Shown here: in pieces, positions 45,928 to 54,451 of the stretch | Layout: every line of letters begins with the position of its first letter | Position numbering within the stretch: position 1 is the stretch's first letter | Source of the DNA: Candidatus Omnitrophota bacterium | GTDB lineage: Bacteria > Omnitrophota > Gorgyraeia > Zapsychrales > Fredricksoniimonadaceae | Direction: 5' to 3' | Assembly (NCBI GenBank): GCA_015233335.1 | Contig: JADFXX010000008.1 | Span: 11,798-75,797 of the forward strand | DNA: 64,000 bases | Made by a program: the position numbers and the translations under genes | The notes under the pieces: model-generated | Databases searched by the model: none | What the model was told of the DNA's origin: nothing | Seen by the model: only the letters and a program-made list of their open reading frames with translations

Positions 45928-47250
45928 ATGGCTGTCAATTTTGGTTTTGATGTGGATGCGGCAGTAAAGAAATTGGTCATGACCGATAATGTCAAGGAAA
46001 AAGAGATCTTAGCCAAGGAAATTCAGGCCAAAGCTAAGGACAAAGGAATATTTTTAGCCTCCATTCAGGATGTTTATATGGCGCGAGGGAAAGGTAAAGG
46101 TAAGAATTTCACCGTACCTGCCATGAATTTACGTTCATTAACTTATTATTTAGCCCGTGCCATATTTCGTACAGCCAAACGTCTTAATGCGGGAGCTTTT
46201 ATTTTTGAAATTGCCAAGTCTGAAATGGGTTACACCAATCAGCCGCCGGTGGAATATTCTGCTGTTATTCTGGCAGCAGCTATTAAAGAAGGCTACAGCG
46301 GCCCGGTGTTTGTGCAGGCAGACCATTGTCAGATCAAAGCCACTGCTTATTTTGAAAATAAGGCCAAAGAAGTTGCTGGTCTGAAGGATTTAGTTGCGGA
46401 TTGTGTTGCCGCCGGTTTCTATAATATTGATGTGGATTCCTCAACCACCGTAGTATTAGAACGCCCGACCTTAAATGAGCAGCAGAGGGATAATTTTGAA
46501 ATTTGCGCTGAAATGACTAAATTTATCCGGGAGATACAGCCCAAAGGTCTTGAGATATCTGTTGGTGGGGAGATCGGTGAAGTCGGCCACAAAAACAGTA
46601 CGGTCGAAGAATTAACGGCATTCATGGATGGTTACAATAGTTCGTTACCCAAAGGCTTGACGGGTTTAAGCAAGCTTTCCGTACAGACCGGCACCTCACA
46701 CGGCGGGGTGGTATTACCCGACGGCACTATTGCCAGCGTGAAGGTGGATTTTGATACTTTAAAGGCTCTTTCCAAAGCAGGTCAGCAGAAATATGGATTA
46801 GGCGGCGCGGTACAGCATGGAGCTTCCACCTTGCCGGATGAAGCCTTTAACAAATTCCCGGAAATTAATACCATAGAGATCCACTTGGCGACCAATTTTC
46901 AAAACAAGATCTTAGACAGTAAATTATTCCCTAAAGATCTGTATGCCAAAATGGTTGAGTGGAGCAAGATCAACTGTGCCGGTGAACGCAAACCTAAGGA
47001 CAGCGAAGAGCAATTTATATACAAAGCCCGTAAACGCGCATTAGGGCAATTTAAAAAGGATATTTACGGCCTGCCTGAAAATATCAAAGATGGTATAGCC
47101 GCGGAAATTGAAAAGAATTTTGAATTTTTATTTAAGCAGCTCAATGTCCAGGACACCAAAGATTTTGTAACTTCTATTATTAAACCCGTGCATGCAACGA
47201 TCGGTTTGCGCCATGCACAGGCCCATTTAGACGGAGAAGGGGACGATTAA
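45928..47250 (+). CDS. fba: Fructose-bisphosphate aldolase, class II (long ~440 aa form)
   Basis: QADHC, VGGEIGEVGHKNSTVEE and QTGTSHGG correspond to class II FBA catalytic motifs. Confidence 0.75.
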   Translation: MAVNFGFDVDAAVKKLVMTDNVKEKEILAKEIQAKAKDKGIFLASIQDVYMARGKGKGKNFTVPAMNLRSLTYYLARAIFRTAKRLNAGAFIFEIAKSEMGYTNQPPVEYSAVILAAAIKEGYSGPVFVQADHCQIKATAYFENKAKEVAGLKDLVADCVAAGFYNIDVDSSTTVVLERPTLNEQQRDNFEICAEMTKFIREIQPKGLEISVGGEIGEVGHKNSTVEELTAFMDGYNSSLPKGLTGLSKLSVQTGTSHGGVVLPDGTIASVKVDFDTLKALSKAGQQKYGLGGAVQHGASTLPDEAFNKFPEINTIEIHLATNFQNKILDSKLFPKDLYAKMVEWSKINCAGERKPKDSEEQFIYKARKRALGQFKKDIYGLPENIKDGIAAEIEKNFEFLFKQLNVQDTKDFVTSIIKPVHATIGLRHAQAHLDGEGDD

Positions 47251-47257
47251 ACAATTG

Positions 47258-47360
47258 TCGTCATTCTGAGGCGAAGGTCCTCAAACCGGACACTCACAGT
47301 TGTTCGCCGAAGAATCTTAATGAGCATTAAGCTTCGTTGCTCTGCTCAGGACGACAAATA
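47258..47360. repeat. Repeat family B copy (CGTCATTCTGAGGCGAAGGTCCTC...GCTTCGTTGCTCTGCTCAGGACGAC)
   Basis: Imperfect inverted repeat in the fba-ilvC intergenic region. It shares GTCGTCCTGAGCA.AGC.AAG with the 30511-30655 copies. Confidence 0.8.
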
Positions 47361-47371
47361 TAAAGGGACAT

Positions 47372-48364
47372 ATGGCTAAAATATTCTACGATAAAGATTG
47401 TAACATCGATGACATTAAGGATAAAACGATCGCGGTGGTCGGCTACGGCATTCAGGGCCGCGGCCAAGCCCTGAATTTGCGTGATAGCGGGTTAAAGGTG
47501 ATTGTGGCGCAAAGGCCGGGCGGGGTCAATTATGACCGTGCCATCAAGGATGGTTTTAAACCCATGTCTGTTCAAGAAGCCGCGAAAATCGCGGATGTGA
47601 TCATCATTTTAACGCAGGATCATTTACAGGCGGATATTTACAAAGATTCGATTAAGCCGTATTTGGCCCCGGGCAAGGCTTTGGCCTTTTCACACGGGTT
47701 TAATATCCATTTTAAATTCATAGTTCCTCCCAAAGACGTAGATGTCTTTATGATCGCGCCCAAAGGGCCGGGAGCATTGGTTCGCCGTCAGTTTGAAGAG
47801 GGGCGTGGAGTGCCGTGTTTGGTGGCGGTCGATCAGAATGCCACAGGCAAGGCTTTAAAAATCGCCTTGGCCTATGCCAAAGGTATCGGCGGTTCACGTG
47901 CGGGGATCATTCAGACGACCTTCAAAGAAGAAACTGAAACTGATTTGTTCGGCGAGCAAGCGGTTTTGTGCGGTGGGGCCAGCGAATTGATCAAGGCCGG
48001 TTTTGAAACCTTAGTCAAAGCCGGATACCAGCCGGAAATCGCGTATTTTGAATGTTGCCATGAATTGAAGTTGATCGTGGATTTGATCTATGAAGACGGT
48101 ATCCAGGGCATGCGCAAACGCGTCTCTGATACGGCCGAATACGGCGATATGACGCGTGGTCCACGCATTGTCAATGAGAGAACCCGCCGTGAAATGCAGA
48201 AAATACTCAAAGAGATCCAAAAAGGTCAATTTGCCAAGGAATGGATGGCAGAAAACAAGAACGGCCGCAAGAATTTCCTTAAGATGCGAAAAGCCGGCGA
48301 AAAGCACCTCGTTGAAAAGGTAGGCGCTCGACTTCGGGCTATGATGAGCTGGATGAAAAAGTAA
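47372..48364 (+). CDS. ilvC: Ketol-acid reductoisomerase
   Basis: [21 protein letters not shown]..., 330 aa. Confidence 0.95.
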   Translation: MAKIFYDKDCNIDDIKDKTIAVVGYGIQGRGQALNLRDSGLKVIVAQRPGGVNYDRAIKDGFKPMSVQEAAKIADVIIILTQDHLQADIYKDSIKPYLAPGKALAFSHGFNIHFKFIVPPKDVDVFMIAPKGPGALVRRQFEEGRGVPCLVAVDQNATGKALKIALAYAKGIGGSRAGIIQTTFKEETETDLFGEQAVLCGGASELIKAGFETLVKAGYQPEIAYFECCHELKLIVDLIYEDGIQGMRKRVSDTAEYGDMTRGPRIVNERTRREMQKILKEIQKGQFAKEWMAENKNGRKNFLKMRKAGEKHLVEKVGARLRAMMSWMKK

Positions 48365-48402
48365 AACTGTTGATACCAATACGCATAAGTAGTATATAAT
48401 CT

Positions 48403-48426
48403 AAGGGCGGCTCAACAGCCGCCCTT
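48403..48426 (+). terminator. Stem-loop terminator after ilvC
   Basis: AAGGGCGGCT-caac-AGCCGCCCTT (10-bp GC-rich stem), followed by an AT-rich tract. Confidence 0.55.
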
Positions 48427-48484
48427 AATGTTTAATACGAAGATAAATTTAGCATTGTTTGTGTTGATTATTTATAGCATGGAC

Positions 48485-48702
48485 GAAGGGATAGGGTTGT
48501 TGTTTTCAACTCACGGTCATTTTCTTAACGTCAAAAATTGCCTATTTTTTAGGTGTCTGAACAACTCGCCTTCAGCTTCTCTGGAAGCTTCAGGCTCGAA
48601 CAAGTTCAGACATCCCTCGCCCTTCGGCTCGGGATTCCCTAAAAAACAGTCAATTTTTAACTAAAAATGACAGTGAGTTGAAAACAACAACCCTATCCCT
48701 TC
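48485..48702 (+). repeat. Structured intergenic element copy 1, bracketed by a 39-bp inverted repeat (1 mismatch); candidate ncRNA or MITE
   Basis: Arm 48485-48523 (gaagggatagggttgttgttttcaactcacggtcatttt) pairs with the reverse-complementary arm 48664-48702. The ~140-nt core contains the hairpin AGCTTC-tctg-GAAGCT and the conserved block GTTCAGACATCCCTCGCCCTTCGGCTCGGGATTCCCT. Confidence 0.6.
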
Positions 48703-48744
48703 TCCGATTACTATTGCAACATTTGTACGCGTCTATTTGGGTTT

Positions 48745-48895
48745 AAGTTGTAAGGGAATCCCGAGCCGAGGGGCGAGGGATGGCTGAACTTGTCTGAGCT
48801 CTTTATTTCCAGAGAAATAAAGAGCGAGTTGTTCAGCCACCGCGACAACATAAGATTTTTGCCGTGAATAAAATGACCGTGATCTTTAAAAAACA
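48745..48895 (-). repeat. Structured intergenic element copy 2 (~80% identical to the copy 1 core), opposite orientation
   Basis: On the minus strand: TCACGGTCATTTT...CTGAACAACTCGC...GCTCTTTATTT-ctctgg-AAATAAAGAGC...GTTCAGCCATCCCTCGCCCCTCGGCTCGGGATTCCCT. The hairpin position is the same as in copy 1 and the stems are compensatory. Confidence 0.6.
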
Positions 48896-48948
48896 AATTA
48901 AACCCAAATAGCTGCTACTAAAGGGACAATTTTATAAAGGATAATTAT

Positions 48949-50475
48949 ATGAAAAACGACAAAGTTTTGATTTTCGATACAACTTTACGGGACGGAGAAC
49001 AAGCGCCGGGTGCGACGATGAGCGCTGAAGAAAAGTTGGAAATTGCTTTCTCTTTGGAGCGTTTAGGGGTTGACATCATTGAGGCGGGTTTTCCTGTATC
49101 TTCCAAAGGGGATTTTGACTCGGTGCAAAATGTGGCCCGCCATCTGAAGAATTCATGTGTCTGCGGTTTGGCGCGTTCAATCACCAAGGACATTGATGCG
49201 GTGATTGATGCGATCAAGCCGGCCCGGCATAGGCGCATCCATATTTTTTTAGCCACGTCCAAGATCCACCTGCAGCATAAATTAAAAAAGAGCCAGGATG
49301 AGATTGTGAAAATGGCTGTCGAATCAGTCAAATATGCCCGCAAGCGTATAGACAATATTGAATTTTCACCTGAAGATGCTTCTCGTACCGAAAAGACATT
49401 TTTGTACCGCATCTTAGAAGAGGTCATCAAGGCGGGTGCTACCACAGTCAACATCCCCGACACGGTCGGTTACAGCACTCCGCGGGAATATGGGGCTGTG
49501 ATTGCAGGGATCCGTAATAATGTTCCCAATATAGGCCGTTGTGTCATCTCAACCCATTGCCATGATGATTTGGGTTTAGGTGTCGCAAATTCGCTGAGCG
49601 GCGTCGAGAATGGGGCGCGTCAGGTGGAATGCACCATTAACGGTATCGGTGAGCGTGCGGGCAACGCCTCGATGGAAGAGGTTGTCATGGGCTTAAAAAC
49701 CCGTTGGGATTTTTACGGCTTGTCGACTAATATCAATACAAAAGAATTTTACCGCGCATCACGCCTGGTTTCAAAAGCTTCGGGATTTATAGTTCCGCCC
49801 AACAAGGCCGTTGTTGGCGCCAATGCCTTTCGTCACGAGTCAGGTATACATCAGGATGGAGTTTTAAAGGAACGGCGCACCTATGAAATTATGAACCCTG
49901 AGGATGTGGGTGTTCCTTCTCATGAGGGGTTGGTGTTAGGCAAACATTCCGGTCGGCATGCTTTTATAGACCGTTTGAAAAGATTAGGCATTGTGCTGTC
50001 TGAAACAGATGTGGCTTTAGCCTTTGTCCGTTTTAAGGATTTGGCGGATAAAAAGAAAGAAGTTTATGACGAGGATTTGTGGGCGTTGATCGAAGATGAA
50101 GGTCATCGTACGCATGTGGCCTACACCCTTGTTGATTTGATTTCAACCAGCGGCTCAAATATAGCGCCCAGGGTCGTTGTCACCTTGCAGTATAAAGGGA
50201 AAAAACAAACCAAAGAATCAACCGGCGACGGTCCGGTGGATGCCTGTTATAAGGCCATTGAGTCTTTGACCCAATTAAAGGTCAACTTGCTCGACTACAG
50301 CATTAAATCGGTCACCCAAGGGAAAGATGCGTTGGGTGAGGTGACGGTAAAAACTTCTATTGACGGACAGGCGTTTATCGGCCGGGCCGCCACGACCGAT
50401 ATCATAGAGGCTTCTGCTAAAGCCTATATCAACGCGATTAATAAATTTATGGCTCAGCAAAATCTAAAAAGATGA
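48949..50475 (+). CDS. leuA: 2-isopropylmalate synthase / (R)-citramalate synthase family (LeuA with C-terminal regulatory domain)
   Basis: FDTTLRDGEQAPG..., a HCHDDLG-type metal site, 508 aa with a LeuA dimerisation/regulatory C-domain. Confidence 0.85.
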   Translation: MKNDKVLIFDTTLRDGEQAPGATMSAEEKLEIAFSLERLGVDIIEAGFPVSSKGDFDSVQNVARHLKNSCVCGLARSITKDIDAVIDAIKPARHRRIHIFLATSKIHLQHKLKKSQDEIVKMAVESVKYARKRIDNIEFSPEDASRTEKTFLYRILEEVIKAGATTVNIPDTVGYSTPREYGAVIAGIRNNVPNIGRCVISTHCHDDLGLGVANSLSGVENGARQVECTINGIGERAGNASMEEVVMGLKTRWDFYGLSTNINTKEFYRASRLVSKASGFIVPPNKAVVGANAFRHESGIHQDGVLKERRTYEIMNPEDVGVPSHEGLVLGKHSGRHAFIDRLKRLGIVLSETDVALAFVRFKDLADKKKEVYDEDLWALIEDEGHRTHVAYTLVDLISTSGSNIAPRVVVTLQYKGKKQTKESTGDGPVDACYKAIESLTQLKVNLLDYSIKSVTQGKDALGEVTVKTSIDGQAFIGRAATTDIIEASAKAYINAINKFMAQQNLKR

Positions 50476-51350
50476 CGTACTACGAACCTCCGGCAATATA
50501 TGGGATTATTGGGTGCCCTGTTCATCACAGCCTTTCGCCTGTGATGCAAAATGCCGCTTTTCAAGTCTTGGACGTCAATGCGGTTTATAAGTTGTTTCCG
50601 CTCTCTGACACCGATGAGCTCAAACTTTTTATGGAAGATTTGAAAGAAGAGAATAATCCTATTTTCGGGCTTAATGTCACAGTTCCGTATAAAGAAAAAG
50701 TGATCCCTTTTCTTAACAGCGTAGACCCGTTGGCCCAAAAAATAGGGGCGGTTAATACCATAGTGATTGACCACAATCGAAGAATGCACGGGTTTAATAC
50801 CGACGGTCCCGGATTCTTGAGTCATTTGGAAGAATTGAAATTCGATCTTGATGGTAAAACTGTCGTAGTTTTAGGAGCAGGAGGCACGGCCCGTGCGATC
50901 ATAAGCGTGTTATGCCTTTTACCGAAGGGGCCCGGACGAATTATAATCCATAACAGAACCCGTGCCCATGCCGAGGCTTTATTAGAAGAAATTACTAACA
51001 AGATGAAAACAAATATTGTTGCGATCGCCCCTGACCTTCAGGGCTTGAATATAGCATCAGCAGATCTCCTCATCAATACGACGAATGTAGGGATGAAGAC
51101 AGGTGACCCGCTTTTAATTGATCCGGATTTAATACATGCCGACATGTTTGTGTATGATGTTATTTATAGTCCTTCTGAAACGGAATTCTTAAAAGCCGCA
51201 CGCAGGCAGGGGGCAAGAACGGCCAACGGTTTAGGAATGTTATTTTATCAGGGGGTTTTGGCCTTAAGCCATTGGTCAGGTGAAGAGTTAGATGAGGATG
51301 TTAAGAAAATAATGAGAAAAACATTGGAGGATGCCAGCCATGGATTTTAA
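50472..51350 (+). CDS. aroE: Shikimate dehydrogenase
   Basis: YGIIGCPVHHSLSPVMQNAAF...NVTVPYKE...LGAGGTARA. Confidence 0.9.
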   Translation: MTYYEPPAIYGIIGCPVHHSLSPVMQNAAFQVLDVNAVYKLFPLSDTDELKLFMEDLKEENNPIFGLNVTVPYKEKVIPFLNSVDPLAQKIGAVNTIVIDHNRRMHGFNTDGPGFLSHLEELKFDLDGKTVVVLGAGGTARAIISVLCLLPKGPGRIIIHNRTRAHAEALLEEITNKMKTNIVAIAPDLQGLNIASADLLINTTNVGMKTGDPLLIDPDLIHADMFVYDVIYSPSETEFLKAARRQGARTANGLGMLFYQGVLALSHWSGEELDEDVKKIMRKTLEDASHGF

Positions 51351-52140
51351 CGTTTTGTCAGGTCTTTTTTTCTTTGTGGTCGGTTCCATCACAGGAAGTT
51401 TCCTTAATGTATGTATTGTTCGTCTTCCTGTAGAGAAATCCATCGTATTTCCGGGGTCACATTGTGTATCCTGCGCGGCGCCGATCAAGTGGTACGACAA
51501 TATTCCTCTGATCAGCTGGATTGTTTTAAAAGGCCGCTGCCGGTCCTGTCAGGCTAGGATATCATTCCGGTACCTGTTGGTTGAGCTATTGACGGCTTTG
51601 ACATTCTTATTTTTCTTTAAATATTATGGCTGGCAGCTTGTCTTGTTTCCCTATCTGGTCATGGTCAGCGGTTTTATTGTCGCGATTTTTGTTGATTTCG
51701 CTTTTCGCATCATTCCCGACGAGGTCTCGATAGGAGGCATGATTGCGGGCCTTATTTTCAGCTTTTTTATTCCACAACTGCATGGCTGTCATTCTGCGTT
51801 TTTGGGTGCCGGGTATTCTCTTGTAGGTATCTTAGTGGGGGGAGGCTCCATTTATCTGATGGGTGCTTTAGGAGATTTTGTTTTCAAAAAAGAAACCATG
51901 GGAGGCGGAGATGTCAAACTCGTAGGAATGGTAGGGGCCTTTATGGGTTGGAAACTGGCGCTGTTGACTTTCTTTTTAGCACCGTTTTTTGGGGCAGTTT
52001 ATGGTATAATTGAAAAAATTCGTACCAAAGACAGCACGATCGCTTATGGGCCCTTTTTAATCATGGGGGCATTGGTCAGCTTATTCTGGGGGAATCAGAT
52101 CATTAATTTTATTCTTACAGGAGGCATATACCATCTATGA
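51331..52140 (+). CDS. pilD: Prepilin leader peptidase / N-methyltransferase (A24 family)
   Basis: GSFLNVCIVRLP...CVSCAAPIKWYDNIPLISW..GRCRSC zinc-binding CxxC pairs and a polytopic peptidase domain with GGGDVKL. Confidence 0.9.
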   Translation: MPAMDFNVLSGLFFFVVGSITGSFLNVCIVRLPVEKSIVFPGSHCVSCAAPIKWYDNIPLISWIVLKGRCRSCQARISFRYLLVELLTALTFLFFFKYYGWQLVLFPYLVMVSGFIVAIFVDFAFRIIPDEVSIGGMIAGLIFSFFIPQLHGCHSAFLGAGYSLVGILVGGGSIYLMGALGDFVFKKETMGGGDVKLVGMVGAFMGWKLALLTFFLAPFFGAVYGIIEKIRTKDSTIAYGPFLIMGALVSLFWGNQIINFILTGGIYHL

Positions 52141-52487
52141 AAAATATCCTATTTGTCTTGTTTCTGTTATTTAATTGTCCGGTGTCCTGGGCGACACCTC
52201 CCACCAGCATCACTCAGACTTATGATCTAGATAAAGCTTCTTTACATGTTGATGCTGTCCATCCGTCAGACCTTTTAGACAAGAGTTATGTGCGCATGAT
52301 GACAGTGTCCCTAAATAACAAGCCCGTTCAAACATTTTATTATTATCGTCAGAAGGATCATGCGGGGTTTTCGGAGGATGTCTCGCTTAAGGCCAAAGTG
52401 GGTGATGTGATCAAGGTCGACCTGTTTTGTACACAGGGTGGCAGTTTATCGGATGAACTGACGGTCCCTGCGCCGGATAAAAAATAA
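52137..52487 (+). CDS. Secreted hypothetical protein
   Basis: Signal peptide MKNILFVLFLLFNCPVSWA. 116 aa. Confidence 0.5.
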   Translation: MKNILFVLFLLFNCPVSWATPPTSITQTYDLDKASLHVDAVHPSDLLDKSYVRMMTVSLNNKPVQTFYYYRQKDHAGFSEDVSLKAKVGDVIKVDLFCTQGGSLSDELTVPAPDKK

Positions 52488-52503
52488 CCATAGGGGATAA
52501 CAC

Positions 52504-52827
52504 ATGTTTTACTGTATTTTTGCTTTATTTTTAATATTTTCCGGCCCTGCATCAGCCCAGAATCTGGTTTCACCTCAGAGTGCCTCACTGGCTCAAAACA
52601 CATTGATCCAGAGCATTAGCATAGAGGGGTTTCTTTTGCAGGATAAAAACAGGTTTTTCAAATTATTTAAACCTTACCGCAATAAAAATCTCTCTAAAGT
52701 TGAAATGGATGCGATCCTTCAAAAGGTCCAGGATATCTATGATCAGGAGGGCTACCAGCAACTGGTGTCTATTACTTATTCTGTAAAAAAACATCGGTTG
52801 GTTTTTATGGTTTCCCTGACATCATAA
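52504..52827 (+). CDS. Small secreted protein with a POTRA-like fold signature
   Basis: Signal peptide ending ASA, then IQSISIEGFLLQDKNRFFKLFKPYRNKNLSKVEMDAILQKVQDIYDQEGYQQLVSITY, which resembles the ShlB/FhaC-type POTRA pattern. Confidence 0.4.
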   Translation: MFYCIFALFLIFSGPASAQNLVSPQSASLAQNTLIQSISIEGFLLQDKNRFFKLFKPYRNKNLSKVEMDAILQKVQDIYDQEGYQQLVSITYSVKKHRLVFMVSLTS

Positions 52828-53327
52828 TGAATAAGAATATTGTTCTGATTGGTTTTATGGGTTCGGGCAAATCCATGGTGGCTCAGGCTTTAAGTCAGCG
52901 GCTAAAGCGCGAATGTGTCGCGACAGACCATCTTATCGAAACGAGAGAAGGGCAGTCTATCGCCCGGATCTTTGAAAAAAAGGGACAATCCTATTTTCGT
53001 GATTTGGAACATCAGGTCATAGAAGAAATCAGTCAAAGATCGGAAATCGTTATCGACTGCGGCGGAGGAGTTGTCTTAAATCCAGAAAACTTGAAACTTT
53101 TAAAGACCAATGGTATTGTGTTTTATCTGCAAGCGTCCTTGGATGTGATCTATGCGCGTATCAGGAATGAAAGCCATCGACCATTGCTTTTGGTGCCCGA
53201 CCCCCTTAGGGCTTTAGAGCAGCTCTATCAACAAAGACTCCCCCTGTACAATCAGGCCGACTATACCATTGATGCCAATGATGCATCAATTGAAGGCCCG
53301 ATTGCCGAAATCCTCAAAAGAATATAA
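52827..53327 (+). CDS. aroK: Shikimate kinase
   Basis: IVLIGFMGSGKS P-loop. 166 aa. Confidence 0.9.
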   Translation: MNKNIVLIGFMGSGKSMVAQALSQRLKRECVATDHLIETREGQSIARIFEKKGQSYFRDLEHQVIEEISQRSEIVIDCGGGVVLNPENLKLLKTNGIVFYLQASLDVIYARIRNESHRPLLLVPDPLRALEQLYQQRLPLYNQADYTIDANDASIEGPIAEILKRI

Positions 53328-53356
53328 CACACCATATGTGTTAAGGGGGGGGAATC

Positions 53357-54451
53357 ATGACTGAACAAGAGGCGTTGCTTGTTTTAAATGCCGTACCTGA
53401 TTTAGGGGCTATCCGGATCCGACGGCTTTTAGGATTTTTTAATAGTGCTTTGGGAGTTTTGCGGGCTTCTCTTGAAGAGTTGCAAGGATGCGGCATACTT
53501 GCCTTCCAGACTGCCGAAAATATATTCTACTTTTCTAAAGACAAATTCCTGCAAGACGAATATAATTTGATGCAACGCAAAGGGGTCGTTGTTCTGACCT
53601 GTGCTGATCAAAAATACCCGGTCTCTTTTAAAGAATTGGAAGATGCGCCGGCTGTTTTGTATGTCAAGGGTGATACGGAAGCCTTAAGTCAGATGTCAGT
53701 GGCGATCGTGGGCTCCAGAGCGGCAAGTTTTTATGGCTGCAGGTCCGCCAAGATATTTGCCGGGGCATTTGTTCGCTCGGGATTGATTGTTGTTTCAGGT
53801 TTGGCCCGCGGGATTGATACTGCCGCTCATCAGGGCAGTTTAGAGGCTGGCGGCAAAACTATTGCCGTGATCGGTTGTGGTTTTAACTATATGTACCCTA
53901 AGGAAAATTTATTGTTAATGGAGACGATCGCTCAACAAGGGGCCGTGGTTTCGGAATTTGCTTTTGCAACACCACCGTTAAAACAGAATTTTCCCTGGCG
54001 TAATAGGATCATCAGCGCCTTGAGCCGGGCGACTGTTGTCATTGAAGCCGGCAGGAAAAGCGGGGCCTTGATCACCGTTGATTATGCCATAGCCCAAAAT
54101 AAGGACGTGTTTGTCATACCTTCTAATATCGATAATGAAACAGCCATGGGCAGTAATCAGTTGATCCAGGAAGGGGCCCGTATGGCTTTGCATCCTGATG
54201 ATGTTTTATCCGCAATCAAACCGGGTTTTGTCCCGTTATCTTGCGATGATCGCCAACCATTGCTTTCTTTAACCGATGAACAGTTGAAAGTGTACCCCCA
54301 TATTAAGAATCAGCCGGTGCATTTGGATCAACTGGTCAGACAATCAGGTTTGAATATCAGCAGTCTTATGAATATTACCTTAAGCCTTGTATTAAAACGC
54401 GTGATCAGGCAATTGCCCGGTCAATATTATGTAAGGAATGAGCATGCCTAA
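53357..54451 (+). CDS. dprA: DNA-processing protein DprA (Smf)
   Basis: VSGLARGIDTAAHQGSLEAGGKTIAVIGCGFNYMYPKEN is the Rossmann-like DprA core. Confidence 0.9.
   Translation: MTEQEALLVLNAVPDLGAIRIRRLLGFFNSALGVLRASLEELQGCGILAFQTAENIFYFSKDKFLQDEYNLMQRKGVVVLTCADQKYPVSFKELEDAPAVLYVKGDTEALSQMSVAIVGSRAASFYGCRSAKIFAGAFVRSGLIVVSGLARGIDTAAHQGSLEAGGKTIAVIGCGFNYMYPKENLLLMETIAQQGAVVSEFAFATPPLKQNFPWRNRIISALSRATVVIEAGRKSGALITVDYAIAQNKDVFVIPSNIDNETAMGSNQLIQEGARMALHPDDVLSAIKPGFVPLSCDDRQPLLSLTDEQLKVYPHIKNQPVHLDQLVRQSGLNISSLMNITLSLVLKRVIRQLPGQYYVRNEHA

Noticed and set aside
10446-47360. CRISPR array
   Set aside because: The repeated units are dispersed singly or in pairs, imperfect, of variable length and self-complementary. 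There are no regular spacers and no cas genes, so they are REP/RPE-like elements, not CRISPR.
48428-48896. Two small ORFs (78 aa on +, 61 aa on -) sharing an HGHF...NNS...KF.HPSP.GSGFP motif
   Set aside because: Their similarity reflects the two inverted DNA copies of the intergenic element. The conserved hairpin with compensatory stem changes favours an RNA or DNA structural element over protein coding. They are kept only as an alternative hypothesis.
48365-48948. Possible T-box or leader-peptide attenuator upstream of leuA
   Set aside because: No T-box consensus (GGGTGG.ACCGCG) is present. The only similar fragment (CAGCCACCGCGAC) lacks the GGGTGG element. No Leu-rich leader ORF was found.
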